39,189 bases of DNA from an uncultured Clostridium sp. (GTDB lineage: Bacteria > Bacillota > Clostridia > TANB77 > CAG-508): contig CANOYI010000003.1 in the NCBI GenBank assembly GCA_947571515.1, positions 1 through 39,189 of the forward strand, written 5' to 3'. The position numbers and the translations under genes were made by a program. The notes under the pieces are model-generated. The model was not told the DNA's origin. It was given only the letters and a program-made list of their open reading frames with translations, and made no database searches. Below are positions 8,914 to 18,423 of the stretch, in pieces. Every line of letters begins with the position of its first letter. Position 1 is the stretch's first letter.

Positions 8914-9643
8914 AATGAATGGATTACGACCCCTGTTCTAATGAAATTTGTGGAAAATTATTGTGTTTCTTATGTTACACGTTCTAACCTCTATGGCTAT
9001 TCTGTTCGTAATCTTTTCAATTCTACTTCCATTTATATTATGCCGATGGTAAATCCAGATGGTGTTGATTTAGTAACTGGAAATCTTGCTGTGAGTTCCC
9101 CTAGTTATCAAAAAGCATTACATATTGCCAATCAATTTTCTAGCATTCCTTTTCCTAATGGCTGGAAAGCAAATTTAAATGGTGTGGATTTAAACTTGCA
9201 ATTTCCTGCCCGGATGGGAAATAGCAAAAGAAATAAAATACGCACAAGGATTCACTCGTCCTAGTCCTCGTGACTTTGTAGGTTATGGACCTTTAACAGA
9301 GCCAGAAGCCTTAACCCTTTACAACTTTACTCTATCGCATGATTTCAGACTAGTAATAGCTTATCATACACAAGGTCAAGAAATTTATTGGCAGTTTCAG
9401 GATTTTAATCCACCAAATAGTCTTGCTATTGGAGAACAATTAGCAGATTCCAGTGGCTATGCCTTATCAGAAACTCCTTATAATTCTAGTTTTGCTGGTT
9501 ACAAAGATTGGTTTATTCAGAACTATAATAGACCTGGTTACACAATTGAAGCTGGCATTGGCGAAAATCCTTTACCAATCTCTCAATTTGATGAAATTTA
9601 TCAAGATAATTTAGGAATTTTAGTTTTAGGGGCAGTATTATAA
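8914..9643 (+). CDS. M14 peptidase, 3' part; contains a +1 frameshift at CGGA 9211-9214
   Basis: [12 protein letters not shown]...[11 protein letters not shown]...[16 protein letters not shown], then in the +1 frame GWEIAKEIK...GPLTEPE...[11 protein letters not shown]...[11 protein letters not shown]...[23 protein letters not shown]...TAA at 9643. Reconstituted protein is 305 aa. Confidence 0.9.
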
Positions 9644-9698
9644 ATACTACTCCTAAATATCTTTATCTTTTTTATAATTTTTTTCCTATCTGCCATAC

Positions 9699-10415
9699 TC
9701 ATATTTTTTTGTGATATTCTCCATTTTCATATACGAACAAATCTCCTTCTTGTGCAGTCTCATATAAATCTTTTGGAAATTCAATTTCCTCAATTCCTTC
9801 TGTTCCTCCACCAGCAACATTATCTAAGTCATATAGCCATATTCTTCCTGACTGTTTTTCACCTACTTCATAGGTATGCCCCTCAATTCTTCTACTATCT
9901 AAATATTGATTTTGCTCTTCTATTTTTTCTCTAATCATGGTATTTACTTCTTCTCCCACAATTTTTGTTGCTTCTTGATCTAAAATAAAATTCTCCCCTT
10001 GTTTTCTTAAAATACTTCCTAATTGAGTTCCTTCTGGTAATTCCTCTATTGGTTTTGTAATTACTTCCTGACTTTTCCCTGGCTTGAAACTACACAAATC
10101 ATAAGAGTTCCTCTCATTTGTGTTTATATTATATAGATATAATATTTCTCCTTCTTCTTTTGTATTTTCAACATAATTTTGTAAAATATTAGCTCTCTTT
10201 GTTAACATTTCATCTCTATATTTTACTGTTATTTTATGATTATAAAGTGTTAAATCGTCTGAAAATAAATCATTCCATTTATAATCAGTATCTCCTATTT
10301 TAGAATTATTTGTTATATTATTTTCTAAATAATTCGATAATTCTTTCATAAAATTTTGCACAAATTTATTCTCCTTTAAGTTATTAAATAAATCATTTAC
10401 TAGATCTAAATTCAA
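9699..10415 (-). CDS. Hypothetical protein (acidic; C-terminus weakly reminiscent of DUF3006-type OB modules)
   Basis: 238-aa ORF, TTG start with SD AAGGAGTG. Confidence 0.7.
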   Translation of the reverse strand: MNLDLVNDLFNNLKENKFVQNFMKELSNYLENNITNNSKIGDTDYKWNDLFSDDLTLYNHKITVKYRDEMLTKRANILQNYVENTKEEGEILYLYNINTNERNSYDLCSFKPGKSQEVITKPIEELPEGTQLGSILRKQGENFILDQEATKIVGEEVNTMIREKIEEQNQYLDSRRIEGHTYEVGEKQSGRIWLYDLDNVAGGGTEGIEEIEFPKDLYETAQEGDLFVYENGEYHKKI

Positions 10416-10599
10416 TATGTAATCACTCCTTTATTTTTTTATTTTTAGATTGGAAATCTACTATTGATTCATAGTAGTAAGAATAAAACTAGAAGTGATT
10501 ATATATTATTTTACAGAAATTTACAATAGTTTTTGTGAATTTCTAGTTAATTTTTAATTTAAAAAATACATAAACTTTTATTAAGCAAAACAATAACGA

Positions 10600-11337
10600 T
10601 TATTCTTCATGGCTTTCCCCTGTTGCATAATCAATAACTATTCCTGGTTGTACATTATAACAATAAACATTGAAGTGAACTCCTTGCCCTTTATCTTCAA
10701 CAGACCACCCCTCCATCTGTACTCCATTTGCTACAAGATTATTTCCCTCAAAAATAGGGGTTACTCTATATAAAATATGATTATTTTGATTCTTTCTAAT
10801 GTACTCAGCTACTTGGTTTTCAAATGGTAACATTCCATTTATATTTAAATATTTTGTTCCTGTCATTAAATTTTGTTTGTTTGCATCTTCATCTGACAAT
10901 TGATGGGCAATTAAATGACATCTATGGTATAAAAATTCTCCATCATACTTTTTTTGTTTCCAACCTGTTGGACTTACTGAACTAATATTTCCTCTTTCAT
11001 CTCCATCTGGTGGCATTATTTCTTTGCAAATATTTGCAAATGCTACACCACATCTTCCATATTGATCAAGATTGCTATATTTTTCAAAGCTCTCTGTAGA
11101 ATAATCTTCTTCTGTAAAATATGGAATACCATTATTTATTTCAACATAAGGACTTGCAGAATATTCTGGAATGGTAGATAAATCAAATATTATATTTTCT
11201 GTTTCATATTCGCTTGCATTATTTGTAGTTTCTGTGTTTTGGCTTATATATCCAGAAACCATAATACAAATAATTATTATAATTGTTGCTATCCCTTGCC
11301 AAATACTTTGTTTTTTACTTTTCTCTTTTTTGTTCAT
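10600..11337 (-). CDS. Membrane-anchored DNA/RNA non-specific endonuclease (EndA/streptodornase-like)
   Basis: N-terminal TM; LDQYGRCGVAFANI, YHRCHLIAHQL, NLMTGTKYLN, GMLPFEN, YRVTPIFEG, FNVYCYNVQPG. Confidence 0.9.
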   Translation of the reverse strand: MNKKEKSKKQSIWQGIATIIIIICIMVSGYISQNTETTNNASEYETENIIFDLSTIPEYSASPYVEINNGIPYFTEEDYSTESFEKYSNLDQYGRCGVAFANICKEIMPPDGDERGNISSVSPTGWKQKKYDGEFLYHRCHLIAHQLSDEDANKQNLMTGTKYLNINGMLPFENQVAEYIRKNQNNHILYRVTPIFEGNNLVANGVQMEGWSVEDKGQGVHFNVYCYNVQPGIVIDYATGESHEE

Positions 11338-11395
11338 AAATGGTACCTCTTATTATTATATAAAAGCAAAAAAATTCTTGCTTTCATAAATTATT

Positions 11396-12499
11396 TTATA
11401 CTCTTGTTAAATCTAAAATCCACTCTACCCATCCTCTATTTAAAATTTTTCTACCTAATTCAGTTAAAGTAAATACTATGTTACCTTCACATCTTTCTTT
11501 GTATATCAATCCTAAATATCTTCCTGCATCTGTATAATAATTAGTTTGTCTTTCATCAAATGCATAATTTTCAGTAATTTCATTTTTATTTTTCGGTTCT
11601 TCTAATAATAGTTCACAAAGATTGATGACTCTATCAAATGAATCTGCTTGTGGAAAGGCTATTTCCGGTTCTTCTCCAAATTTTTGAATACTATAAAATA
11701 GTTCTTGAATGTCTTGTATATCTATTTCCGTGTCTTCTATGCTATACTTTTTACTCTTCACAAATCGAATAGAACTATAATCCTCATCATTTTCAAATTT
11801 ATATTCATACACATTAAAAATTCCATTTGAATAAACCATAAATATAGGTCTTACTCGTTTATTAATTTTACTTTTCCAAAGTCTATATGGATAATATAAT
11901 TGTCTAACCATAAAGTCATCGGAAATTACATTTTTAGCTTCAATTAAAGCCAAACTATTCACTCCTTCAAAGCCACCATCTATTTCAATTCTTGAATTTT
12001 GAACAGAAACATTAATATATTGATCTTCTTTTTCATTTTTGCTAATTTTAAATTCAAAATTTCCAGATCCCATCTTTCCACTAATAGTTGGTACAAGATT
12101 TTCTTCCTCTAAGAAGTCTTCTAATATTTGTGTAATATAGGCACAATTAATTGCTAGTGCTTCACTTGTTATATTATTGTAGTCTAAACTCTGAATATAA
12201 TCTGGAAAATTTATTTTTATGATTTCTTCATCTTCTGCTTTTTCAAACTTTTTATATGGCTGAAACCTCGCAATCATATAACTATTACTAGCAATTGGTA
12301 ATATTGCTAAATTATTTTCTTTAAATATATCTGGTAGATTTGCACTATTATCAAATTTAGTCATAAGTCTAGCTTCTCTATATTCATTTATTTCTTTAGA
12401 AGTTATTTTAAAATAACCGTTTTGATTGATTTCTTGTACAATATTATATTTATCAAATAACAACTGCCAAGCTTCTTTATTAGTTGTACATCTACTCAT
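11396..12499 (-). CDS. Putative type II restriction endonuclease (PD-(D/E)XK) coupled to the Dam-like methylase; possibly shortened near the C-terminus
   Basis: IEIDGGFEG...LIEAKN...DFMVRQLYYPYR, FPQADSFDR, RQTNYYTDAGRYLGL; overlaps the methylase stop. Confidence 0.7.
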   Translation of the reverse strand: MSRCTTNKEAWQLLFDKYNIVQEINQNGYFKITSKEINEYREARLMTKFDNSANLPDIFKENNLAILPIASNSYMIARFQPYKKFEKAEDEEIIKINFPDYIQSLDYNNITSEALAINCAYITQILEDFLEEENLVPTISGKMGSGNFEFKISKNEKEDQYINVSVQNSRIEIDGGFEGVNSLALIEAKNVISDDFMVRQLYYPYRLWKSKINKRVRPIFMVYSNGIFNVYEYKFENDEDYSSIRFVKSKKYSIEDTEIDIQDIQELFYSIQKFGEEPEIAFPQADSFDRVINLCELLLEEPKNKNEITENYAFDERQTNYYTDAGRYLGLIYKERCEGNIVFTLTELGRKILNRGWVEWILDLTRV

Positions 12500-13346
12500 A
12501 ATTTCTTATTAGCACCTCACTTACTGCCCCTCTATTATTGCCATTACTATTAATTGCTCTTTTAGCCTTGATTGTAACGATTTTATAGTCTTGATATAAT
12601 TCTCTAATAAATTCACAATCTGAATTTGATAATAAAAATTTAACTCCTTTTTTATTTAATCTATCACATAGTTCTTTTAATCTTATTTGCTCTGTTTCTC
12701 CAAATCCACTTTCATTATATCCTGTGAAATTGGAAGTTTTAGATATCGGTGCATAGGGAGGATCAAAATACACAAAATCCTCCTTTTTAGCATTTTTTAC
12801 GGTTTGTTCAAAATCGCCATTTAAAAATTTAATATTCGTTTCATTGAAATATTTATTGACTGCTCTTAATGTAATTTCATTAACTATATTGGGATTTTTA
12901 TAGCTTCCAAATGGTGAATTAAATTCTCCCATACTATTAACTCTATATAATCCATTATAGCAAGTCTTATTTAAATACAAAATTCTTGCCGCTTTGTCTA
13001 TTCCTGTCATTTTATTATATTCTTTTGGTTCTCTATCTAGCTCTCTAATTCTATAATAGCATTCAGATGTATTTGAATATAAATCTGAATTTGATAGCTT
13101 ATCTATTAATTCTTCAACATTATTTTGTATGACACTATATAAATTGATTAATTCTCTATTAATATCATTCACTATTGCTTGTTTTGGTTGAAGTTCAAAT
13201 AAGACTGCTCCACCACCAATAAATGGTTCAAAATAGGTATTAAATTTTTTTGGTGTGTATTTTTTTATTTCAGGTAATAGTTGTCTTTTTCCACCAACCC
13301 ATTTTACAACAGGCACAACTAATTTGTTCTTTTTTTGTACAGCCAT
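12492..13346 (-). CDS. Dam/DpnM-family (D12 class) N6-adenine DNA methyltransferase
   Basis: KWVGGKRQLL, EPFIGGGAV, LYLNKTCYNGLYRVN, FVYFDPPY, LLSNS, EVLIRNY. Confidence 0.93.
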   Translation of the reverse strand: MAVQKKNKLVVPVVKWVGGKRQLLPEIKKYTPKKFNTYFEPFIGGGAVLFELQPKQAIVNDINRELINLYSVIQNNVEELIDKLSNSDLYSNTSECYYRIRELDREPKEYNKMTGIDKAARILYLNKTCYNGLYRVNSMGEFNSPFGSYKNPNIVNEITLRAVNKYFNETNIKFLNGDFEQTVKNAKKEDFVYFDPPYAPISKTSNFTGYNESGFGETEQIRLKELCDRLNKKGVKFLLSNSDCEFIRELYQDYKIVTIKAKRAINSNGNNRGAVSEVLIRNYE

Positions 13347-13595
13347 TATGAACCTCCTTTTTTAATTTAAAAATATCATATCATAACTAAAAAAAATAAT
13401 CAATACTTTTCTAAAACTTTTGTTTGTTTTGTTGCTACTCATATAAGCTTAGACCAAATAGACCTGCGTTTAAATGCATTTCTGTCTCTTCTGACATATT
13501 TCCTATATGTTTCTCATAAGATGCATTAATTACATTTATTGCATTTGCTACATTAAATAATATTTTAAAAGATTTTATTTCTAATGATGTTGCCT

Positions 13596-13814
13596 CTACT
13601 TTATCACCCATAATTTAAAAGCCTTCTCTATTCGCTTTTTAGATTTCTTTATATTTCCTGTAATTTGAAGTTTTGTTGTTATTCCATTTCCTCTATATTC
13701 TGACAAAACTAAATTTCCACCTAATTCACATACCCTACAATTTTCAAGAACAAACTCCATTTTAAAATCCTTAGCATATTTTTTCAACTCTTGAAAACAA
13801 TCATATGCTTCCAT
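13596..13814 (-). pseudogene. Probable GNAT-acetyltransferase fragment
   Basis: CELGGNLVLSEYRGNGITTKL resembles GNAT motif A, but the ORF is only 72 aa and lacks a clear SD. Confidence 0.4.
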
Positions 13815-13851
13815 TACTTCTTTTGTATTTTTCGAAACATAACCTTTTTCG

Positions 13852-14164
13852 TTACTTCCTTTTTATTTCTAATAAATATCCTATAATAGAACATATTAAT
13901 AATATACTTTCTAAAACAATTCCAAATATAGAAAATATATAAATATTATATAAAACCACTAATATTCCTATTGGAATACCTAATAATTTATAGATATTAG
14001 TTTTCTTTTGCCAAATGGAAAATGTATATAACATAGTAGCAAACACAGATAACAAACTAAAAAATCCTTCGTATGTAAATATCGCTGAAATAATTGATAT
14101 AATATAGAGAATTATTAATACAATGATATCCATTTTATTAATCTTTTCTCTTTTTCCATTAATT
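13852..14164 (-). pseudogene. 5'-truncated YgjV-like inner membrane protein
   Basis: Hydrophobic ORF (SLLSVFATMLYTFSIWQKK...YNIYIFSIFG). Its apparent N-terminus (MSPLVPGLNG) is translated from the repeat at 14165-14194. Confidence 0.5.
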
Positions 14165-14194
14165 TCCCCATTTAATCCCGGAACCAGTGGGGAC
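14165..14194. repeat. ~30-bp GGGGAC hairpin repeat, copy 1
   Basis: TCCCCATTTAATCCCGGAACCAGTGGGGAC; near-identical copies at 22523 and 39137. Confidence 0.85.
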
Positions 14195-14250
14195 AAAAAA
14201 AGAATTCCTATTCATAGAAATTCCTTTATATCTCACAGCCATAAAAATAA

Positions 14251-15549
14251 TTATTTTATAATTGTTCTCTTTTCATCTGCACCAACACCAATATATCTCA
14301 CTGATACACCTGTATAATCTTCGATGAAACGAATATAATCTTGTGCCTCTTTTGGAAGTTCTTCAAAAGTCGTTGCTCCTTCTGTATTCCATCCACCTTT
14401 TAACTCTTGATAAACTGGCTTACAATTTTCCTTATCGATTGGAACATGTTGAATAGTCTCTCCCTTATATTGATAGCCAACACACACATTAATAGTATCT
14501 AACTTACCAATCGTATCTAAATGATTAACACACAATGACGTTAGACCACTTGTATTTTTGGTATGTTTTACCATAACTAAATCAAGCCAACCAGTTCTTC
14601 TTGGTCTTCCTGTTGTCGTTCCATACTCATGACCCCACTCACGGATTTTATCTCCAATTTCATTATCCTGTTCTGTCACAAATGGACCATTTCCAACTCT
14701 TGAGGTATAGGCTTTAATAACTCCTACTACTTCATTTACTAAAGTAGGACCTATTCCTGCACCTGAAGCTGTACCACTTGCATTAGGATTAGAAGAAGTT
14801 GTCATTGGATAATCTCCATGGTCATTATCTAACCAAAAAGATTGAGCTCCTTCTATAATAATCAATTCATCTTTTTCAATTGCTTCATCTAAAATCGGAT
14901 GAATATCTGCAATAAAACTTTGTATAATATCTTTGTATTTCATACAATACGCATATTCTTCTTCTACTGTAATCTTAGGAAACTTTTCTTCTTGATAAAC
15001 TCCTTTTTCAATTAGCTTATTTGCTTCTGCTACCAATACATTATATACTTTAAGATTTTCCGCAATTTTATCTTTCAATTCTGCCTCTTCCAAAAACAAA
15101 TCATGCATTCTTAGGTTAGTACGTCTAGCCTTTTCCTCATAAGTAGTTCCCACACCTCTTCCTGTCGTTCCTACTTTTTCTGTTTTTAACATCTCATATA
15201 ATCTATCCAATTGTTTATGATGTGGAAAAGTGATATGCGTTCTTTCACTTACTACAAAATTATCCTTTTCTACTTTTACCCCTGCTTCTCTCATTTGTTG
15301 AATCTCTTCTGTTAAAATTTGAAGATCTGCTACTACTCCTGGTCCAATAATTGAAAGAACTTCTGGTCTAATAATTGCTGATGGTAACAAGTGCATAGCA
15401 TATTTTTTACTATTGGCAACTACGGTATGCCCTGCATTACTTCCTCCTGTTGCTCTTATTACAACAGATGCATCTTTTGCTTCATAATGAACCGCTCTTC
15501 CTTTTCCCTCATCTCCATATTGAAGACCAATAATCATTTTTACTGCCAT
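14251..15549 (-). CDS. purA: Adenylosuccinate synthetase
   Basis: GLQYGDEGKG, GGSNAGHT, GTTGRGVG, EGAQ, KAYTSRVGNGPF, EYGTTTGRPRRTGWLD. Confidence 0.97.
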   Translation of the reverse strand: MAVKMIIGLQYGDEGKGRAVHYEAKDASVVIRATGGSNAGHTVVANSKKYAMHLLPSAIIRPEVLSIIGPGVVADLQILTEEIQQMREAGVKVEKDNFVVSERTHITFPHHKQLDRLYEMLKTEKVGTTGRGVGTTYEEKARRTNLRMHDLFLEEAELKDKIAENLKVYNVLVAEANKLIEKGVYQEEKFPKITVEEEYAYCMKYKDIIQSFIADIHPILDEAIEKDELIIIEGAQSFWLDNDHGDYPMTTSSNPNASGTASGAGIGPTLVNEVVGVIKAYTSRVGNGPFVTEQDNEIGDKIREWGHEYGTTTGRPRRTGWLDLVMVKHTKNTSGLTSLCVNHLDTIGKLDTINVCVGYQYKGETIQHVPIDKENCKPVYQELKGGWNTEGATTFEELPKEAQDYIRFIEDYTGVSVRYIGVGADEKRTIIK

Positions 15550-15632
15550 GTTTTTTTCTCCTTTTTTACTATATTTTCAATTGGATTATACCATTGCATT
15601 AATATGAAGTCAATTGTCGTGAAAAAAAAATT

Positions 15633-15761
15633 TGAGACAAGGGGGACAGGTTTCAATTGTCTCAAATTTTTAATCGAAAAACGTCGAAAAAAAGATTTGA
15701 CAAAATACAACAAAAAAACAGCAAAAAAATGAGACAGTTGAAACCTGTCCCCCTTGTCTCA
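15633..15761. repeat. REPIN/MITE-like element: 32-bp inverted arms
   Basis: TGAGACAAGGGGGACAGGTTTCAATTGTCTCA (15633-15664) and its inverse (15730-15761, 31/32 match). Confidence 0.85.
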
Positions 15762-18326
15762 TTTCGTTATCCATTTAATCAAATCTAAATTAGCTGGTTC
15801 TAATATCATTTCATGTTTTGGCATAACTCTAAACGTGTAACCATAATTTCCTCCTGTTGTTAACTCTATTTTTGCGGTAAAATAATATTTCTTATTTTCT
15901 TCATCTTGGTCTTGTAATTTCATTGGTATAATACTAACATTTTCCACTACACCATTATCCAAAATTTTTCCGTAATACACTTCTACTGTAATGCTTTCTA
16001 TATCTATATTTGGTAATTCTACCTCACAAGCAACTTCAATATTATTTCCTGCATCAATTGTAATATTATCTAAATTATCAACCTGTGTTATTTTAATATC
16101 TTTCCAATTCATATATAGATCTTTTTTCCAAGAGTTATATCCTGCTACATTATCAACATCAGAATAGTATTTTTTCGTTAAATTACAAAGTGGCATATAT
16201 AAGTTATTAGTATAATCTACCAACATTCTGGCAGTGCTATATTTCCCTCCAGTTGTAATAATTGAATTCTTCATAATTTCCAACCATTTTTTAGATAGTC
16301 CATTATTCTCTCTCTCATAATAAGTAGGTATAATTTTTTCTTCTAACGTACGATACATACTTTGGCTATCTGCTATATCTTGTGCCTCATAAGATTCATA
16401 TTCACTATTGGTTCCAATCGTCCATCCATTCGTTTGTGTATAACCTTCTGCCCACCAACCATCTAAAACACTGAAATTGATAACACCATTAACAGATGCC
16501 TTTTGTCCACTGGTTCCAGATGCCTCCATTGGTCTTCTTGGATTATTTAACCAAACATCAACACCACTAATTAAATATCTTGACATAGCAATATTATAAT
16601 TTTCCAAAATAAAGATTTTTCCTTTAAATTGTGGCATCATAGATATTTCATGAATATATTTGATTAAGTCTTGTCCTTCTTTGTCTGCTGGATGTGCTTT
16701 TCCAGCAAATATAATTTGTACTGGTCGATTTTCATTATTTAATATTTGTGTAATTCTTTCTAAATCCTTGAAAATTAGAGTTGCTCTTTTATACGTTGCA
16801 AATCTTCTCGCAAAACCTATCGTCAAGGCCTCTGGATTTAATTTAGAAACAATTTCATTAATTTCTTCATAACTATAACCACAACGTCTTAATCTTTCTG
16901 ATGTGCTATCTTTCACTAATTTTAATAATTTTGCTTTTCGAGCATTGTGTACTTCCCATAGTTTTTCATCTGGAATATTTCTAATTTTTTCCCATACCTG
17001 GTCTTGATGTATATTATCTTGCCAATAAGGAATTAAATATTGATTATATAATTCTTTCATTTTCGGTGCTAGCCATGAACACGTATGAATTCCATTAGTT
17101 ACATATTCAATTGGAGACTCATTAGCCGCTATGTTTGGCCATATTTCTCCAAATAATTCTCTGGATACTGCTCCATGTAACTTACTAACACCATTTTTCT
17201 TACCTGCAATTTTTAGTGCTAATATTCCCATATTAAAGCCTTCCTCTAAGTGTATTCCTGGTTTCATTCCCAATTTTAAGAATTCTTCTTTAGAAAGTCC
17301 TAATCTTGGCCAGAAATCTTTAAAATATTTCTCAACTAAGGCTAATGGAAAAATATCATTTCCAGCTGGTACTGGTGTATGGGTTGTAAATACCGTTTTA
17401 GAAGTTGCTATATCTCTTGCCACTTCAAAAGATACTTGTTTTTCTTTGATAATATTTTTGATAATCTCTAAATTTAAGAACGCAGAATGACCTTCATTCA
17501 TGTGGTATACCGTAGGATTTAAATTCAAATATTTTGTTAATAGATTGACTCCTGCTTGACCTAGAACAATTTCTTGACGAATTCTCATTTCTTGGTCTCC
17601 ACCATATAAACGTAAGGTTACATCTCTATCTTCTTCGTTGTTTTTTTCGATATCAGAGTCTAACAAATATAATTTTACTCTTCCTACATTAATTTGCCAT
17701 ACTTTTAAATATAATCTTCTTTTTGGGAATTTAACATAGATGATTAAATCTTCCCCTTTTTCATCTTTTACTGGATGAATTGGCATATCTTCTAAGGCGA
17801 TATTATGATATTCGGTTTCTTGTTGACCATAACCATTTATTTTTTGATTAAAATAGCCATTTTTGTATAATAGCCCTACTGCTACTAATGGGATTCCTAA
17901 GTCGCTCGCTGATTTTAAATGGTCACCAGATAAAATACCTAATCCTCCTGAGTAGATTGGTATGGTTTGGTCTATGCCATATTCAGCTGAAAAATAGGCA
18001 ATTAAATCATTTTTGTTTTCTGGGTATTTGCTGGAAAACCATGTACTTTTACTATTCATATAACTTTGAAAGTTTTCTGCTATTTTGTCATATTCCTTTA
18101 AAAAGGCTACATCCTTTGCTACTTTCTCTAGTCTTTCTTGTGATACATGTTTTAAAAATTTGACTGGGTTTTTGTCAGATTGTTCCCATAAATCTTTATC
18201 TATTTTTTGAAATAATCTTAAAAATTCTGTGTTCCATGACCACCATAAGTTATTGGCAATTTCTGATAATTTTTCAATTCTTTTTGGTAGTTGTGGATTT
18301 ACCGTAATTTTGTTAAATACGTACAT
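15759..18326 (-). CDS. glgP: Alpha-glucan (glycogen/maltodextrin) phosphorylase
   Basis: NLWWSW, AYFSAEYG, YSGGLGILSGDHLKSASDLG, HMNEGH, GFARRFATYKR, EASGTSGQK. Confidence 0.96.
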   Translation of the reverse strand: MYVFNKITVNPQLPKRIEKLSEIANNLWWSWNTEFLRLFQKIDKDLWEQSDKNPVKFLKHVSQERLEKVAKDVAFLKEYDKIAENFQSYMNSKSTWFSSKYPENKNDLIAYFSAEYGIDQTIPIYSGGLGILSGDHLKSASDLGIPLVAVGLLYKNGYFNQKINGYGQQETEYHNIALEDMPIHPVKDEKGEDLIIYVKFPKRRLYLKVWQINVGRVKLYLLDSDIEKNNEEDRDVTLRLYGGDQEMRIRQEIVLGQAGVNLLTKYLNLNPTVYHMNEGHSAFLNLEIIKNIIKEKQVSFEVARDIATSKTVFTTHTPVPAGNDIFPLALVEKYFKDFWPRLGLSKEEFLKLGMKPGIHLEEGFNMGILALKIAGKKNGVSKLHGAVSRELFGEIWPNIAANESPIEYVTNGIHTCSWLAPKMKELYNQYLIPYWQDNIHQDQVWEKIRNIPDEKLWEVHNARKAKLLKLVKDSTSERLRRCGYSYEEINEIVSKLNPEALTIGFARRFATYKRATLIFKDLERITQILNNENRPVQIIFAGKAHPADKEGQDLIKYIHEISMMPQFKGKIFILENYNIAMSRYLISGVDVWLNNPRRPMEASGTSGQKASVNGVINFSVLDGWWAEGYTQTNGWTIGTNSEYESYEAQDIADSQSMYRTLEEKIIPTYYERENNGLSKKWLEIMKNSIITTGGKYSTARMLVDYTNNLYMPLCNLTKKYYSDVDNVAGYNSWKKDLYMNWKDIKITQVDNLDNITIDAGNNIEVACEVELPNIDIESITVEVYYGKILDNGVVENVSIIPMKLQDQDEENKKYYFTAKIELTTGGNYGYTFRVMPKHEMILEPANLDLIKWITK

Positions 18327-18423
18327 TGAAACGATTCCTCCTTTGTATTTTTCTTATTTTTTCTCTTGTATATTTTTAATAACTATATTATCTATTAAAA
18401 GCTTCTATTTGTCAAATGTTTTA

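Larger units (their letters stand above)
653..8915. mobile_element. 8263-bp integrative element with a large serine recombinase, inserted in the M14 peptidase gene (skin-like intervening element)
   Basis: Joining 652 to 8916 restores CAC GCC AAT GAA TGG (HANEW) in frame. The AA core is shared (651-652 / 8914-8915). A 10-bp inverted repeat ATATATCAGT (660-669) / ACTGATATAT (8897-8906) lies exactly 7 nt from the core on each side. The LSR gene is next to the left junction. Confidence 0.93.

Noticed and set aside
653-8915. Prophage, group I/II intron or intein
   Set aside because: No structural phage genes, reverse transcriptase or homing endonuclease; LSR plus att symmetry explains the insertion
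9211-9213. Simple CGG sense-codon reassignment (to Trp, Gln or Gly)
   Set aside because: A triplet reassignment would not restore the frame; all three sites need a 4-nt step
15633-15761. CRISPR array (32-bp repeats)
   Set aside because: Repeats are inverted pairs, not direct repeats with unique spacers, and no cas genes are present
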